In this document: piece by piece, positions 50,142 to 60,098 of the stretch
How the letters are laid out: every line of letters begins with the position of its first letter
Numbering within the stretch: position 1 is the stretch's first letter
Origin: Turneriella sp.
Lineage (GTDB): Bacteria; Spirochaetota; Leptospiria; Turneriellales; Turneriellaceae
Direction: 5' to 3'
Assembly: GCA_965279515.1 (NCBI GenBank)
Contig: CBDIID010000003.1
Location: 288,001 to 352,000, forward strand
DNA: 64,000 nt
Notes under the pieces: generated by a model
What the model saw: the letters and a program-made list of their open reading frames with translations, nothing else
Told to the model about the DNA's origin: nothing
The model's database searches: none
Position numbers and translations under genes: made by a program

Positions 50142-52666
50142 TTCTTGGCCGGAGCCTCCGGAATATCTTCGGGGTTATAGACCGTCATATCAGCGACCTT
50201 GTCGCCGGCCGCGATATCGACCACGCGTACACCCGACGCCGTGCGTCCCTGCACGGTGATCTGTTTCACTTCACTGCGCAGAACCATGCCGGAAAGTGTC
50301 GTGACAATCACCTCGGCGTTTTCGGTTACAGTGCGGATTGCCACAGCCTTGCCGGTTTTTTCCGTTACCTTGAAGAAGGCCATACCTTTGCCGCCGCGGC
50401 CCTTGGTGCCGAATTCGTCATATTTGACGCGCTTGCCATAACCCGATTCGCTGATTACAAGCAGGAAGGATTTCTGTCCTTTAACCACATCGAGACCCGA
50501 CATGTAATCCTTGCCTTCCAGCGTCATACCGATGATGCCGGATGCAGCGCGTCCCTGCGGCCGCATTTTACCCAGGTTGGTACGAAGCCCCGAGCCTTCG
50601 GCGGTTGCCATGAAGATATCGTCTTTTTCCTGAACGAGGGCAACATCGACCAGATAATCTTTTTCTGAAGCTTTGAACTGCATCGCCATCACTCCGCCTT
50701 TCTTGGCGTTCGAAATCTGCGAAAGTTCGAGCTTCTTAATAATGCCCTGGTGCGTCAGCATCAGCAGGTATTTCTTTTCGGTGAATTCTGTGACCGAGCG
50801 AATAACCGTTACAACTTCATCGTTACCCAGCGACAGAAAACCCTTGATATGCTTGCCGCGCGCATCTTTCGATGCCTCGGGCACTTCATATGCTTTCATA
50901 AAGAAGACTTTGCCGCGCGTAGAGAAGAACAGCAGGTAGTCAAGGCTCTGGCAGAAGTGGACATGTTTTAATGCGTCTTCTTTTTTACCGCCTGAAATCA
51001 CACCCTTGCCGCCACGCCCCTGCCTGCGGAATGTGTCGAGCGGCATACGGCGGATATAACCGCTTTCTGAAATCGTGATGACTTCATTCTCATTCTGGAT
51101 GAGATCTTCGGTGTCCATCTTCGTCGATTCGGCGTCGATCAGCGACACCTGTGAACCGCGCTCGGTGCCGTGCTTCTGTACGATCGCGCCGAGCTCGCTG
51201 CGGATAATGCCGAACATGCGCGTTTCGGATTTCAGAATGTCTTTTAGCTCTTTAATCAGCTTCTTGATTTCAGCGAGTTCTTCGAGAATCTTTTTAGACT
51301 CGAGAGAGGTCAGCTTTTGCAGGCGCATCTCGAGAATGGCGTTTGACTGCAGCTCAGAAAGTTTGAAGCGCTTCATGAGCGAAGAGCGTGCGACGTCGAC
51401 GGTTTCACTCTTGCGGATAATCTTGATGACTTCGTCGATAAAGTCGAGGGCGATCTTGAGGCCTTCGAGGATATGTGCGCGTTCTTCAGCTTTTCTGAGA
51501 TCGTAGCGCGTTCTGCGTTCGATTACTTCGCGGCGGTGCGCGAGGAAATGCTGCAGCATTTGCTTGAGGTTAAGAAGTTTGGGCTCGTTATTGACGAGCG
51601 CGAGAAAAATAATACCGTAACTGATCTGCAATGCCGTGTGCTGGTAGAGCTGGTTGAGGACAATATTTGCCTGCGCTTCTTTTCTCAGTTCAAAGACGAT
51701 GCGCATACCCTTGCGGTCAGACTCGTCGCGGATTTCGGCGATCCCTTCGATTTTTTTGTCGTTTACCAGTGCAGCGATGCGCGCCAGCAGATCGTTTTTA
51801 CGCACTTCGTAGGGAATTTCTGTTACGATGATGGCTTCGCGACCGCGCGTGCTCTCTTCAATATTCGCTACGGCGCGGATCTTGAACGAGCCCCTGCCCG
51901 TGGTATAAGCCGATTTGAGGCCTTCTTTGCCGATGATGATGCCGCCGGTCGGAAAATCCGGTGCGGGAACCTTTTTCATAAGTTCTTTGATCGAAACATC
52001 AGGGTTTTCAATGAGTAGTTCCAGGGCGGAAGCGACTTCGCGCAGGTTATGCGGTGGAATCTTCGTGGCCATACCGACGGCGATGCCCGAGGAACCGTTG
52101 ACGAGCAGGTTCGGCCACGCTGCTGGCAGTACTTTGGGCTCGCGGCGCGTGCCGTCAAAGTTGTCTGAAAAGTCGACGGTCTCTTTATCGATGTCCCGGA
52201 GAAGCTCTTCGGCCATCGAAGTCAGGCGCGCCTCGGTATAACGGTATGCCGCCGCCGGGTCGCCGTCGACACTACCAAAGTTTCCCTGGCCATCGATGAG
52301 TAGTTCACGCAGCGAGAAATCCTGCGCCATGCGCACCATGGTGTCGTAAACGGCAGAGTCGCCATGCGGGTGATAGTTACCGATAACTTCACCCACGATT
52401 TTCGCCGATTTAACGTAGGCGCGGTCTTGGCGCCAGGCACGTTCGTTCATCGCATGCAGAATGCGCCGGTGAACGGGTTTCAGGCCGTCGCGCACATCGG
52501 GTAATGCCCGCCCCACGATTACGCTCATGGCGTAGGCGAGGTAGGATTTTTTCATCTGGTCTTCTATTTCGACCGGAATGATTTCCTTTGCCACTACATC
52601 GGGAGCTTTGGCATCGTTTTCGCCCTTACCCTTGCCCGCAGGGCCGCTGCCCTTTCCTTTCGCCAT
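50138..52666 (-). CDS. gyrA: DNA gyrase subunit A
   Basis: GRALPDVRDGLKPVHRR, YHPHGDSAVY, AAYRYTE, GyrA-box QGRGGKG. Confidence 0.96.
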   Translation of the reverse strand: MAKGKGSGPAGKGKGENDAKAPDVVAKEIIPVEIEDQMKKSYLAYAMSVIVGRALPDVRDGLKPVHRRILHAMNERAWRQDRAYVKSAKIVGEVIGNYHPHGDSAVYDTMVRMAQDFSLRELLIDGQGNFGSVDGDPAAAYRYTEARLTSMAEELLRDIDKETVDFSDNFDGTRREPKVLPAAWPNLLVNGSSGIAVGMATKIPPHNLREVASALELLIENPDVSIKELMKKVPAPDFPTGGIIIGKEGLKSAYTTGRGSFKIRAVANIEESTRGREAIIVTEIPYEVRKNDLLARIAALVNDKKIEGIAEIRDESDRKGMRIVFELRKEAQANIVLNQLYQHTALQISYGIIFLALVNNEPKLLNLKQMLQHFLAHRREVIERRTRYDLRKAEERAHILEGLKIALDFIDEVIKIIRKSETVDVARSSLMKRFKLSELQSNAILEMRLQKLTSLESKKILEELAEIKKLIKELKDILKSETRMFGIIRSELGAIVQKHGTERGSQVSLIDAESTKMDTEDLIQNENEVITISESGYIRRMPLDTFRRQGRGGKGVISGGKKEDALKHVHFCQSLDYLLFFSTRGKVFFMKAYEVPEASKDARGKHIKGFLSLGNDEVVTVIRSVTEFTEKKYLLMLTHQGIIKKLELSQISNAKKGGVMAMQFKASEKDYLVDVALVQEKDDIFMATAEGSGLRTNLGKMRPQGRAASGIIGMTLEGKDYMSGLDVVKGQKSFLLVISESGYGKRVKYDEFGTKGRGGKGMAFFKVTEKTGKAVAIRTVTENAEVIVTTLSGMVLRSEVKQITVQGRTASGVRVVDIAAGDKVADMTVYNPEDIPEAPAKK

Positions 52667-52707
52667 GCGACATAATAGAGGGCGCTTTCAGCCAGTCGAG
52701 GAATTAG

Positions 52708-53697
52708 TTATTCCGCAGTGGATAGGTAGACAAACTGCGGATAGAGCGCCTGCACCGAGCGCACGGCCGAAATGACACTACCTGCCGCCTTGTAGCGCTC
52801 GATAAAATGCCGCACCAGGGCTGCATCGTCAAAATCGGGAATCGGTTTGAGCGGCGTCAGAACACATGCCGTCGGCAACCTTTCAAGGCGTAGATCGACG
52901 GGATTCGCAAGGCATGAGACATGCAGGTACGCCGAACAGCTAAAGGGCGGCAGGATCCAGATACCGTCTGTGAGCCGCCACGCGATCGCGCCTTCGCGGG
53001 CGACGCCATGGCCCCGGTAGATTAGGCAGTCCCACTCCTTGAGAGCAAGCACAGCTTCAACCCGCTTGCGCGTCAGCTGGCCGAAGATATGGCGAAAGCG
53101 GAAGCCCGAAATGCCTTTGGACCAGAAGTCGAGATTTTTTTCCAGCTCGGGCAAGGCCGGCCCCGCAATATTCGTAAAAACCAGCACCTCCCGAATCTGC
53201 CGTTCGTGGCGCGGCCGCAGCTCCTGCATGCGTTCGAGCTCGAAGACAATGCCCGCTTCGAGGTTGTAACTGAAGAGCTGCGTCACGTGCGTGAGTTCGC
53301 TGGCGACAAGCGTCAGGCGGATGTTCCTGTACTTCAGTTTAAACCGCGTGAGCAATGCCCTGAGCTCGCCTGCGGTGTGCGGTACCCGCGCCGCAATACG
53401 GCCTTTCAGCGCAGCATGCACAACATAGCAGTTCTGCAGGGCATGGATGCGGATTTCCACCGGTTCTCCCGCCGGGCCCTGGCGTGCCGCGGCGACAAAC
53501 CTGCGCATCTCGCCCGGCGTGAGTGTTGCCGGTGCAGCATCTTTCAGGCGCTGCAAAACATCGATCAAAACAGAATCTTTGCGGCGAATCCACGGCGTGA
53601 GATTCCAGTCGAAAAACAGGTTCTCAATACGGATCAAAAAGGAAAAATCGTCGCTGACAACCACCGCAAGACCGCCCTTTCTGCGGGCATTTTTCAT
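52708..53697 (-). CDS. hypothetical protein
   Basis: Long ORF in operon with TPR gene and gyrA; YRGHG is weakly CHAT/caspase-like; start uncertain. Confidence 0.6.
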   Translation of the reverse strand: MKNARRKGGLAVVVSDDFSFLIRIENLFFDWNLTPWIRRKDSVLIDVLQRLKDAAPATLTPGEMRRFVAAARQGPAGEPVEIRIHALQNCYVVHAALKGRIAARVPHTAGELRALLTRFKLKYRNIRLTLVASELTHVTQLFSYNLEAGIVFELERMQELRPRHERQIREVLVFTNIAGPALPELEKNLDFWSKGISGFRFRHIFGQLTRKRVEAVLALKEWDCLIYRGHGVAREGAIAWRLTDGIWILPPFSCSAYLHVSCLANPVDLRLERLPTACVLTPLKPIPDFDDAALVRHFIERYKAAGSVISAVRSVQALYPQFVYLSTAE

Positions 53698-53732
53698 GCG
53701 CCGCAGCTGCGATTCGGTGGTCAGCCAGTACT

Positions 53733-55586
53733 TCAGAACTTCGCTCCCTTCGAGTAGGCCTCGCATTTTTTCAGTGCGACCACAGCCCGGTCAAAATTCG
53801 GGGCGAGGTTCAGGGCCAGGGCAAAGGCGGCTTTGGCTTCGGCGAGCTGCCCGGTATTATAGAAGATGATGCCGTCGGCGTATGCCTTGAGCGCTGCCGG
53901 TGCGATGGGGCGGTCTGATTCCGCCCACCTTTGCCTGTTGAGCCGGCCTTCGATGCGCGCAAACAGCGCCCTCGCCTTGACATTCGTCGGGTCGTCGGCC
54001 AAAAGCTGGCGCAGTACGCCGAGCGCGGCTTCGGGGTCTGACTGCGAGAGCAATAGGGCGCGTTTATACAGGGCTTCCAGGAACTCCGCGGGCTGAACCG
54101 CCTTTTTGAGTACCTGGGTTTTCTCCGATAGCTCACGCTCGAGTTCGGGAATTCTCGGATTCTGCGGATCGATGAATTTCAGAATTTCAAAATACCGGCG
54201 CGCCTCGAACGCGTTCTGGTCTTTCATCCTGTAAATACTTTCGATGAGTTCTTTGATGATGCCGTCTTTGCGCTCGGGGTTCAGGATAATAGTGCATGAA
54301 AATATATGCTGGTTGGAAATCCGGTTCTTCGGGAAAACCTCGACGATGGCGCCGAAATGTTTCATGGTCGCATTGCAGTCGCGCACCTTGTAGCTGTTGA
54401 GCCCCATCGAGGTGAGCGACTGCACAAAGTTATAATACGGTGAATCGCGGGTGATGAATTCCTCATCCTGGCGCAGCATTGCGTCCTTGGCTTTTTGCAA
54501 CAATGCCTCGGCGTGTTTTTGCGTCTCTTCTTGTTTGAATTGTTTGGCGATCTCGATCACCGCTTCGAGTTCCTCGACAGCAATCGGGTAATTTTCCAGC
54601 AGCATCTGCAGCATCGCGGCCTGGTAGCGGCGCTCCAGTTCTTTCAGCTTATCTGCGAACAGGTTTTCTTCCTGTTCCTTTTTTGCCGCCAGGGCTTTTT
54701 TGATCAGCGTATCCCAATCGGTGAGCTTGGGATCCATCGCCTGGCCGACACGGTATTGCTCGACGGCAAAGCTATAATCGGCCTTGCGCATGGCTTCATT
54801 GCCGCTGGTCAGGTATTCGCGCGCGAGCAACTTACGCTCCTTTTCGCTGAGCTGCTGCTGCATGAAATCGAGCAACACAGCCTTGCGCTCTGTCGCCTGG
54901 GAATTTCCGGGCTCCAGGCGCAGTACCCGGTCATAGCTGCCAATTGCCTGCGCAAACCGGCGGTCCTTTTCGTGTTTTTCGGCCTGCTTAAAAAATGCGG
55001 CTAGCTTCTGGTCTGCGCCCTCGCCCTTTAGCAGGCGTTCAGCCTCTGCGTAGCCCATTTTTGCATCCAGCGATTCCGGAGCGATCTTCAACGCTTCACT
55101 ATAACGCTGCATGGCTTCGGCATACTTGGTCTGATCCATGGCCTGCTGGGCGGCCTGCATCGCGGCTTCATAGGCTTTGCGTTTTTCTTCGGGTAATTTA
55201 GCGATGATGGTTTTGGTGTTATCTTCCCTTTTGCGACGTATGAGTTCGCGCAGCTCGGGAATTTTGGGATGTGTCGGGAATAGCCCTTCGGCGACGTCGA
55301 GCTCCGCATCGGCATTCTGGTATTTATCAAAACTGATGAGCTTCTGCGTGTTACGGATATGCAGTTCGGTTTGAAGCAGGTCGGCATAGGCCTGGCCGTG
55401 GTGTAATACAGCGGGCATCCACGTGGAATCGATGTCGAGCGCAGCGCCGAGAAGACGACGGGCCTCTGACAGGTGGCGCTGGTTATAGGCCGCGATACCG
55501 GCTTTGGTGAGACTTTTTACTTCGTCGAAGACCTGCGCCGCCAGAGGCGCAACTGTGGTAAGGAGTATAAAGCAGAGTGTCCTCAT
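53733..55586 (-). CDS. secreted tetratricopeptide-repeat protein
   Basis: Signal peptide; many A..Y..AL.I.P TPR-like helices. Confidence 0.85.
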   Translation of the reverse strand: MRTLCFILLTTVAPLAAQVFDEVKSLTKAGIAAYNQRHLSEARRLLGAALDIDSTWMPAVLHHGQAYADLLQTELHIRNTQKLISFDKYQNADAELDVAEGLFPTHPKIPELRELIRRKREDNTKTIIAKLPEEKRKAYEAAMQAAQQAMDQTKYAEAMQRYSEALKIAPESLDAKMGYAEAERLLKGEGADQKLAAFFKQAEKHEKDRRFAQAIGSYDRVLRLEPGNSQATERKAVLLDFMQQQLSEKERKLLAREYLTSGNEAMRKADYSFAVEQYRVGQAMDPKLTDWDTLIKKALAAKKEQEENLFADKLKELERRYQAAMLQMLLENYPIAVEELEAVIEIAKQFKQEETQKHAEALLQKAKDAMLRQDEEFITRDSPYYNFVQSLTSMGLNSYKVRDCNATMKHFGAIVEVFPKNRISNQHIFSCTIILNPERKDGIIKELIESIYRMKDQNAFEARRYFEILKFIDPQNPRIPELERELSEKTQVLKKAVQPAEFLEALYKRALLLSQSDPEAALGVLRQLLADDPTNVKARALFARIEGRLNRQRWAESDRPIAPAALKAYADGIIFYNTGQLAEAKAAFALALNLAPNFDRAVVALKKCEAYSKGAKF

Positions 55587-56521
55587 GGCGTTGCCAGAAG
55601 CTCACGCGGTAATTTAAAAGTGACGTCCTCCTCTTTAAGCCTCAGCTCGCTGATCTGAGTAAATCCGAATTCTGTTTTGAGCCTCTCTGTCACCTGTTGT
55701 ACAAGAATCTCTGGTGCCGAAGCCCCGGCCGTAATACCGATACGCTCAACACCCCCGGAAAAATGTTCTGCCGATACGTCGGCTGCATTGTCGATCAGGT
55801 AGGCGCGCGCGCCTTCCGATTCGGCGAGCTCTTTCAGGCGGTTGGAGTTACTCGAGTTGCGCGAGCCGATCACATAAACAATATCGCTTTTAGGCGCAAT
55901 CGCTGAAACCGCTTCCTGGCGGTTGGTGGTAGCGTAGCAGATATCGCTGGAATTTGGTCCTTCGATATGGGGAAAAAGTTCCTTGAGGCGGGCAATGAGG
56001 CCCCGGGTGTCGCGCACCGAAAGAGTCGTCTGCGTCAGGTATGCGAGCTTTTCAGTCTGGGAAATTTGCAGTTGATCGATATCCGCGAGGGTTTCAACAA
56101 TGGTAATCTGTTCGGGCGCTTCGCCATAGGTGCCGCGCGCTTCGATGTGGTCTTTATGGCCAATCAGGATAATACGGTAACCTTCGCGTGCATAACGGCG
56201 CGCTTCAATGTGCACTTTGGTGACGAGCGGGCAGGTTGCGTCGAGAATTTTCAGCTTCTTGGCTTGCGCCGAAGACACCACAGCGGGAGAGACCCCATGC
56301 GCGCTAAAGATGACAGTCTGATTTTCAGGGATCTCATCGAGGTTGTCTACAAAGATGACTCCCTTCGCGCGCAACGAATCGACGACGTGCCGGTTGTGCA
56401 CAATTTCATGATGCACGTAAAGCGGAGTCCCATAGACCTCGATGGCCTTTTCGACGATCGAAATCGCACGGTCGACGCCTGCGCAGAAACCCCGGGGCGC
56501 CGCGATGACGATTTCTTTCAT
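55583..56521 (-). CDS. ispH: 4-hydroxy-3-methylbut-2-enyl diphosphate reductase
   Basis: PRGFCAGVDRAI, HEIVHN, DATCPLVTKVH, ICYATTNRQ, SSNSNRL, GITAGASAPE. Confidence 0.97.
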   Translation of the reverse strand: MKEIVIAAPRGFCAGVDRAISIVEKAIEVYGTPLYVHHEIVHNRHVVDSLRAKGVIFVDNLDEIPENQTVIFSAHGVSPAVVSSAQAKKLKILDATCPLVTKVHIEARRYAREGYRIILIGHKDHIEARGTYGEAPEQITIVETLADIDQLQISQTEKLAYLTQTTLSVRDTRGLIARLKELFPHIEGPNSSDICYATTNRQEAVSAIAPKSDIVYVIGSRNSSNSNRLKELAESEGARAYLIDNAADVSAEHFSGGVERIGITAGASAPEILVQQVTERLKTEFGFTQISELRLKEEDVTFKLPRELLATP

Positions 56522-56524
56522 TGC

Positions 56525-57028
56525 TTAGTCCTGCAGCCTGAGTTGGGTTGTCAAATCTAAGCAGTTTTCGGTCGCGAGAAACTGTATGGATTGTACAGGG
56601 TCTAAATTTGTTTCGAGCGCTGCGAGAAAAGAAAACATTGCCTGATCGCAGCGCCGCTGAGCTTCCCTGAACTGGACTTCCGCCTCGCCGCTCTTAACGG
56701 GTTTGAGAGCAAAACTGACGGTCAGCCGGCTGGATTCCCCCCGCCCCTTTATTTCGAGGGCAACATCGCGGTATTTATTGGCCTGTGCCGCCGCGGAGGG
56801 CACAAGCTGCGTTTCGGAATAGATCAGGCTTCGGCCCCGGAAGTATGATTTCAGCAACTGCCGGCGCCGGGCTTCGGCCCAGCCATCAGCACCCATGCCG
56901 CGCGAGGGTAAAAATTCGGGATTTCTAAATGATGTCCGGAGAGATTCGAGCGTTGTTTGTCCGTGGGTACAAACAAAGCACAAGGGCAACAAACTAAAAA
57001 GGAGAAATGAACGGATGAACCGCGTCAA
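56525..57028 (-). CDS. hypothetical exported protein / lipoprotein
   Basis: N-terminal signal with Cys; translationally coupled to neighbours. Confidence 0.6.
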   Translation of the reverse strand: MTRFIRSFLLFSLLPLCFVCTHGQTTLESLRTSFRNPEFLPSRGMGADGWAEARRRQLLKSYFRGRSLIYSETQLVPSAAAQANKYRDVALEIKGRGESSRLTVSFALKPVKSGEAEVQFREAQRRCDQAMFSFLAALETNLDPVQSIQFLATENCLDLTTQLRLQD

Positions 57029-57333
57029 TATTCTTTGCGCTTACGGCCGTTGTTGATTTTACTGAGTAAAAGCACGCTGACCACACCGCCAACCAGGGCC
57101 GCAATGACGTTGACATTGCTCACGTGCAGGCCATCTTGCAATGCATCGATGACAAAGTTGAGCGGCTTCTGCAGCAAGAAGGCACCTAAAATCGAGCCAA
57201 TCAGGGCGACGACAGCACCGCCCAAAAAACCACCAAAAAGATCTAACCGGCGAAGGTAGAAAAAAAACCAACTAATCATCGCCCCCAGGGCAATGTAGAC
57301 AAGAAAATCAATGAGGTATTTAGCAAATTCCAT
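57025..57333 (-). CDS. GlsB/YeaQ/YmgE-like small membrane protein
   Basis: Three Gly-rich TM segments (ALIGSILG, AALVGG). Confidence 0.7.
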   Translation of the reverse strand: MEFAKYLIDFLVYIALGAMISWFFFYLRRLDLFGGFLGGAVVALIGSILGAFLLQKPLNFVIDALQDGLHVSNVNVIAALVGGVVSVLLLSKINNGRKRKEY

Positions 57334-57381
57334 CGCTGAACTGTGCGGAGTTTCCGTAAAACGGAGACAGGAGTGAGAGCA

Positions 57382-58410
57382 TTATTTTACTTTCCGTCCC
57401 AGCTTTGCCTGATTTTTTTTGGCCCCGCCCGCTTCCTTTGTGAAGAGCCCGGCGGGGGATGCTCCCCGCGGTATTTCCTCCGGCCTGAAATGATAAATCT
57501 TGGCGACAGATTTCTTGGCCTTTTTTTTCGCAATGGCAGCCATCTCAGAGAGAGTGGTAAAATCGGCCACCTGATCGCGGGTGATACCGTCTAAAATTGC
57601 TGTGGAAATCGTCAGCAAAGGAAAAGAACAGATGTTCCCCTGCCTGTCGGTGCCGCGGTAATGCCCGGCTTCCAGCTCTTCGGGCGTAAAAAACGTCTTG
57701 CTGGAAGAAGCAAATAGCTTGTGGAGTTTCTTCACCGCCGAGGCTATGCGGGTTTGAGCGCCGAGTAACAGAAAGTCATCCCCGCCGATATGCCCGACAA
57801 AAAGTTGCTCGCGTGGCACGGCAGCGCGTAAGTCATAGAGAATTTTCGAGACACACTGAATGGCGTCATCACCCCTCTTTACGCCTTTCTCATCGTTGAA
57901 GGGCTTGAAATTGTCGAGATCGGTGTATGCCACAGAGAAAGGTTTGCCTTTCTGCAGCCGCAGATAAAATTCGGTCTCGATCGCCGAGTTACCGGGCAGA
58001 CCCGATAGGGCCTGTGCATTGAGCTTTTTGCGCGTCTGGAACAGCAGATTTTCAATCTTTGCGATTAAAAAGCGCGGCATCACAGGTTTCAGAATATAGT
58101 CATCGATACCCGACTTATATGCTTCTTCGATCACAGCCATATCGTCTTCACCCGATAGCAGCAGAACGGGCAAAAAGCTCGAAGCCACATTTTGCCTGAC
58201 AAGCCGCGTGGCCTTGATGCCGTTGAGTGTAGGGTGATTCAGGTTATAGTCGACAATGAGCAAAGTGGGATGGAACTCCGCGATGATTTCGGGCATCCGT
58301 TCGGGGTATGAAGTGAAGCGAATTTCACCGAAATTGGCGAGAATTTCGGCCAGGGCACGGGCATAACCGGCGTCATCTTCGAGAATGAGAATGCGCTCTG
58401 CCCCCGCCAT
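57382..58410 (-). CDS. response regulator receiver + GGDEF domain protein
   Basis: ILILEDD, LIVDY, DDYILKP; LSGLPGN, DLDNFKPFND, GHIGGDDF. Confidence 0.9.
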   Translation of the reverse strand: MAGAERILILEDDAGYARALAEILANFGEIRFTSYPERMPEIIAEFHPTLLIVDYNLNHPTLNGIKATRLVRQNVASSFLPVLLLSGEDDMAVIEEAYKSGIDDYILKPVMPRFLIAKIENLLFQTRKKLNAQALSGLPGNSAIETEFYLRLQKGKPFSVAYTDLDNFKPFNDEKGVKRGDDAIQCVSKILYDLRAAVPREQLFVGHIGGDDFLLLGAQTRIASAVKKLHKLFASSSKTFFTPEELEAGHYRGTDRQGNICSFPLLTISTAILDGITRDQVADFTTLSEMAAIAKKKAKKSVAKIYHFRPEEIPRGASPAGLFTKEAGGAKKNQAKLGRKVK

Positions 58411-58535
58411 ATATATCTCTCGGTATTTCACCGGGCGGACTTGTGCCAATTCGTCAAGGACATAAAGAGCCACGCAGCCCCAATGGCCATTTATCTCTTT
58501 TCAAACCGACCCTGATATTTTTTATGCGGTGCCTT

Positions 58536-59021
58536 ATGGCACAGACCTTTACCCTCACCCAAGTCTTCCCTGCCTCCGTTGACAAGGTATTGGCGGCGCG
58601 CGAACGCCGGTTTGAAGACATGTCTAAGCTCGAAAACCTCAAAGGCCAGCAGATTCTCAGCCAAACGCAGGAAGGTTCGGTAAAAATCACCAAACGCGCC
58701 TTTTCGCTGGCCGATAAGATACCCGATGCCATTAAACCCATGGTTCCCGCCGGGTTCCTGAATCTCGTCGAGACCGCGCGCTTCGATCATGACAGCAATA
58801 TCAACCGCTTCGACGTTATCTATGAGCAAAACCCCGACCGCCTGCGCATCAGCGGGGTGACGAAATACATCGCCGAGAGCGGTTCGAGTTCGCGGCGCGA
58901 ATATCAGATTACCGTCAAAGTCAATATGGCGCTCATCGGCGGGGTACTCGAGAACCAGATTGCCAACTCTTTCAAAAAGGGTATTGAAAAAGATTACGAC
59001 ATCATCAAGGCATTACTCTGA
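58536..59021 (+). CDS. DUF2505-family (SRPBCC-like) protein
   Basis: Size and C-terminal VKVNMALIGGVLE..IA motif; ATG 58536. Confidence 0.7.
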   Translation: MAQTFTLTQVFPASVDKVLAARERRFEDMSKLENLKGQQILSQTQEGSVKITKRAFSLADKIPDAIKPMVPAGFLNLVETARFDHDSNINRFDVIYEQNPDRLRISGVTKYIAESGSSSRREYQITVKVNMALIGGVLENQIANSFKKGIEKDYDIIKALL

Positions 59022-59031
59022 CCTTATTACC

Positions 59032-60093
59032 ATGAAACCCAAAACCATAGAACATCCCCCGCTGGGCATTATCACCAACCCCTACGCGGGCAAGAACGCG
59101 GCCTCGAACCACCGCAGCAAAGAGTTGCAACGTATCATCGGTAAATATGGCCTCGTCAAGGAAAGCCGGAACATCGACCAGTTGAAATCCATCTTATCGG
59201 AATTTGCCGCCCACAAGGTGCCGTACATTGTCTGTGACGGCGGCGACGGCACAATCCACTGGATCGTCAATACCTACCTCGAAGTGCTTCAGGCATCCAA
59301 GCGCGACGCGATCGAGGCGGCGATGCCGGTCTTTGTGCCGACCAATGGCGGTACGATTGACTTTATCGCGCGTAAAGTGAAGGCGCACGGTGGCACGTAT
59401 AAAATCCTGCGCCGCCTCCATAAACTTATGGAAGCCGACAAACTGCCGCGCCCGGTGCCGCTGCGGACATTCATGATGGAAGGTAAATACACCAAAGAGC
59501 ATATGGGCAAATCTTACCGCAAGCTCGCGTTTGCGGGTGCCCTTGCGGGTTTTGCGCAGAAATTTTTCAACAAATATTATGAAAGCGGCAAACCCTCTTT
59601 ACAGACGATTGTTGAAGTCATTACCAAGACATTCACGTCGACTGCTTTTAAAGGCAGCTGGTTCGAGGGTTATGTGCCCAAAGACGTTGCGGGCTATGCG
59701 AATGAAATATTCGATCCCTTTGCTGCGGATGTGAAAATCGACGGCAAACCCGTGCCGTTCAAAAAACTCAATACCTTGAATGTCGGTTCGATTGCGATCG
59801 AGATTAAAAGTCTTTTAAAGCTCTTTGCCAATGCCGACCGCGACAAGAAGCTGCATATGCATGTCGGCTTTCTGCAACCCCACGAAGTTTTTGCCAACCT
59901 GGGTAATCTCTTTGCCGGCGCAGATTATTCCGGCAAAGACCTCGTGCAGACAACCTCAGAAACCATCGAAATTGTATCCAAAGATCCCGAGGGGCTGAAT
60001 CCCTGCCTCGACGGCGAGCTTTTCACAGGCATGGCGACGATGAAGGTCACTGTCGGCCCTCATATCCGTTTCATGGGCATCAAGGGGGAGTAA
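59032..60093 (+). CDS. diacylglycerol/lipid kinase family protein
   Basis: ITNPYAG, GGDGT, GGT, LDGE. Confidence 0.82.
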   Translation: MKPKTIEHPPLGIITNPYAGKNAASNHRSKELQRIIGKYGLVKESRNIDQLKSILSEFAAHKVPYIVCDGGDGTIHWIVNTYLEVLQASKRDAIEAAMPVFVPTNGGTIDFIARKVKAHGGTYKILRRLHKLMEADKLPRPVPLRTFMMEGKYTKEHMGKSYRKLAFAGALAGFAQKFFNKYYESGKPSLQTIVEVITKTFTSTAFKGSWFEGYVPKDVAGYANEIFDPFAADVKIDGKPVPFKKLNTLNVGSIAIEIKSLLKLFANADRDKKLHMHVGFLQPHEVFANLGNLFAGADYSGKDLVQTTSETIEIVSKDPEGLNPCLDGELFTGMATMKVTVGPHIRFMGIKGE

Positions 60094-60098
60094 TCCCT

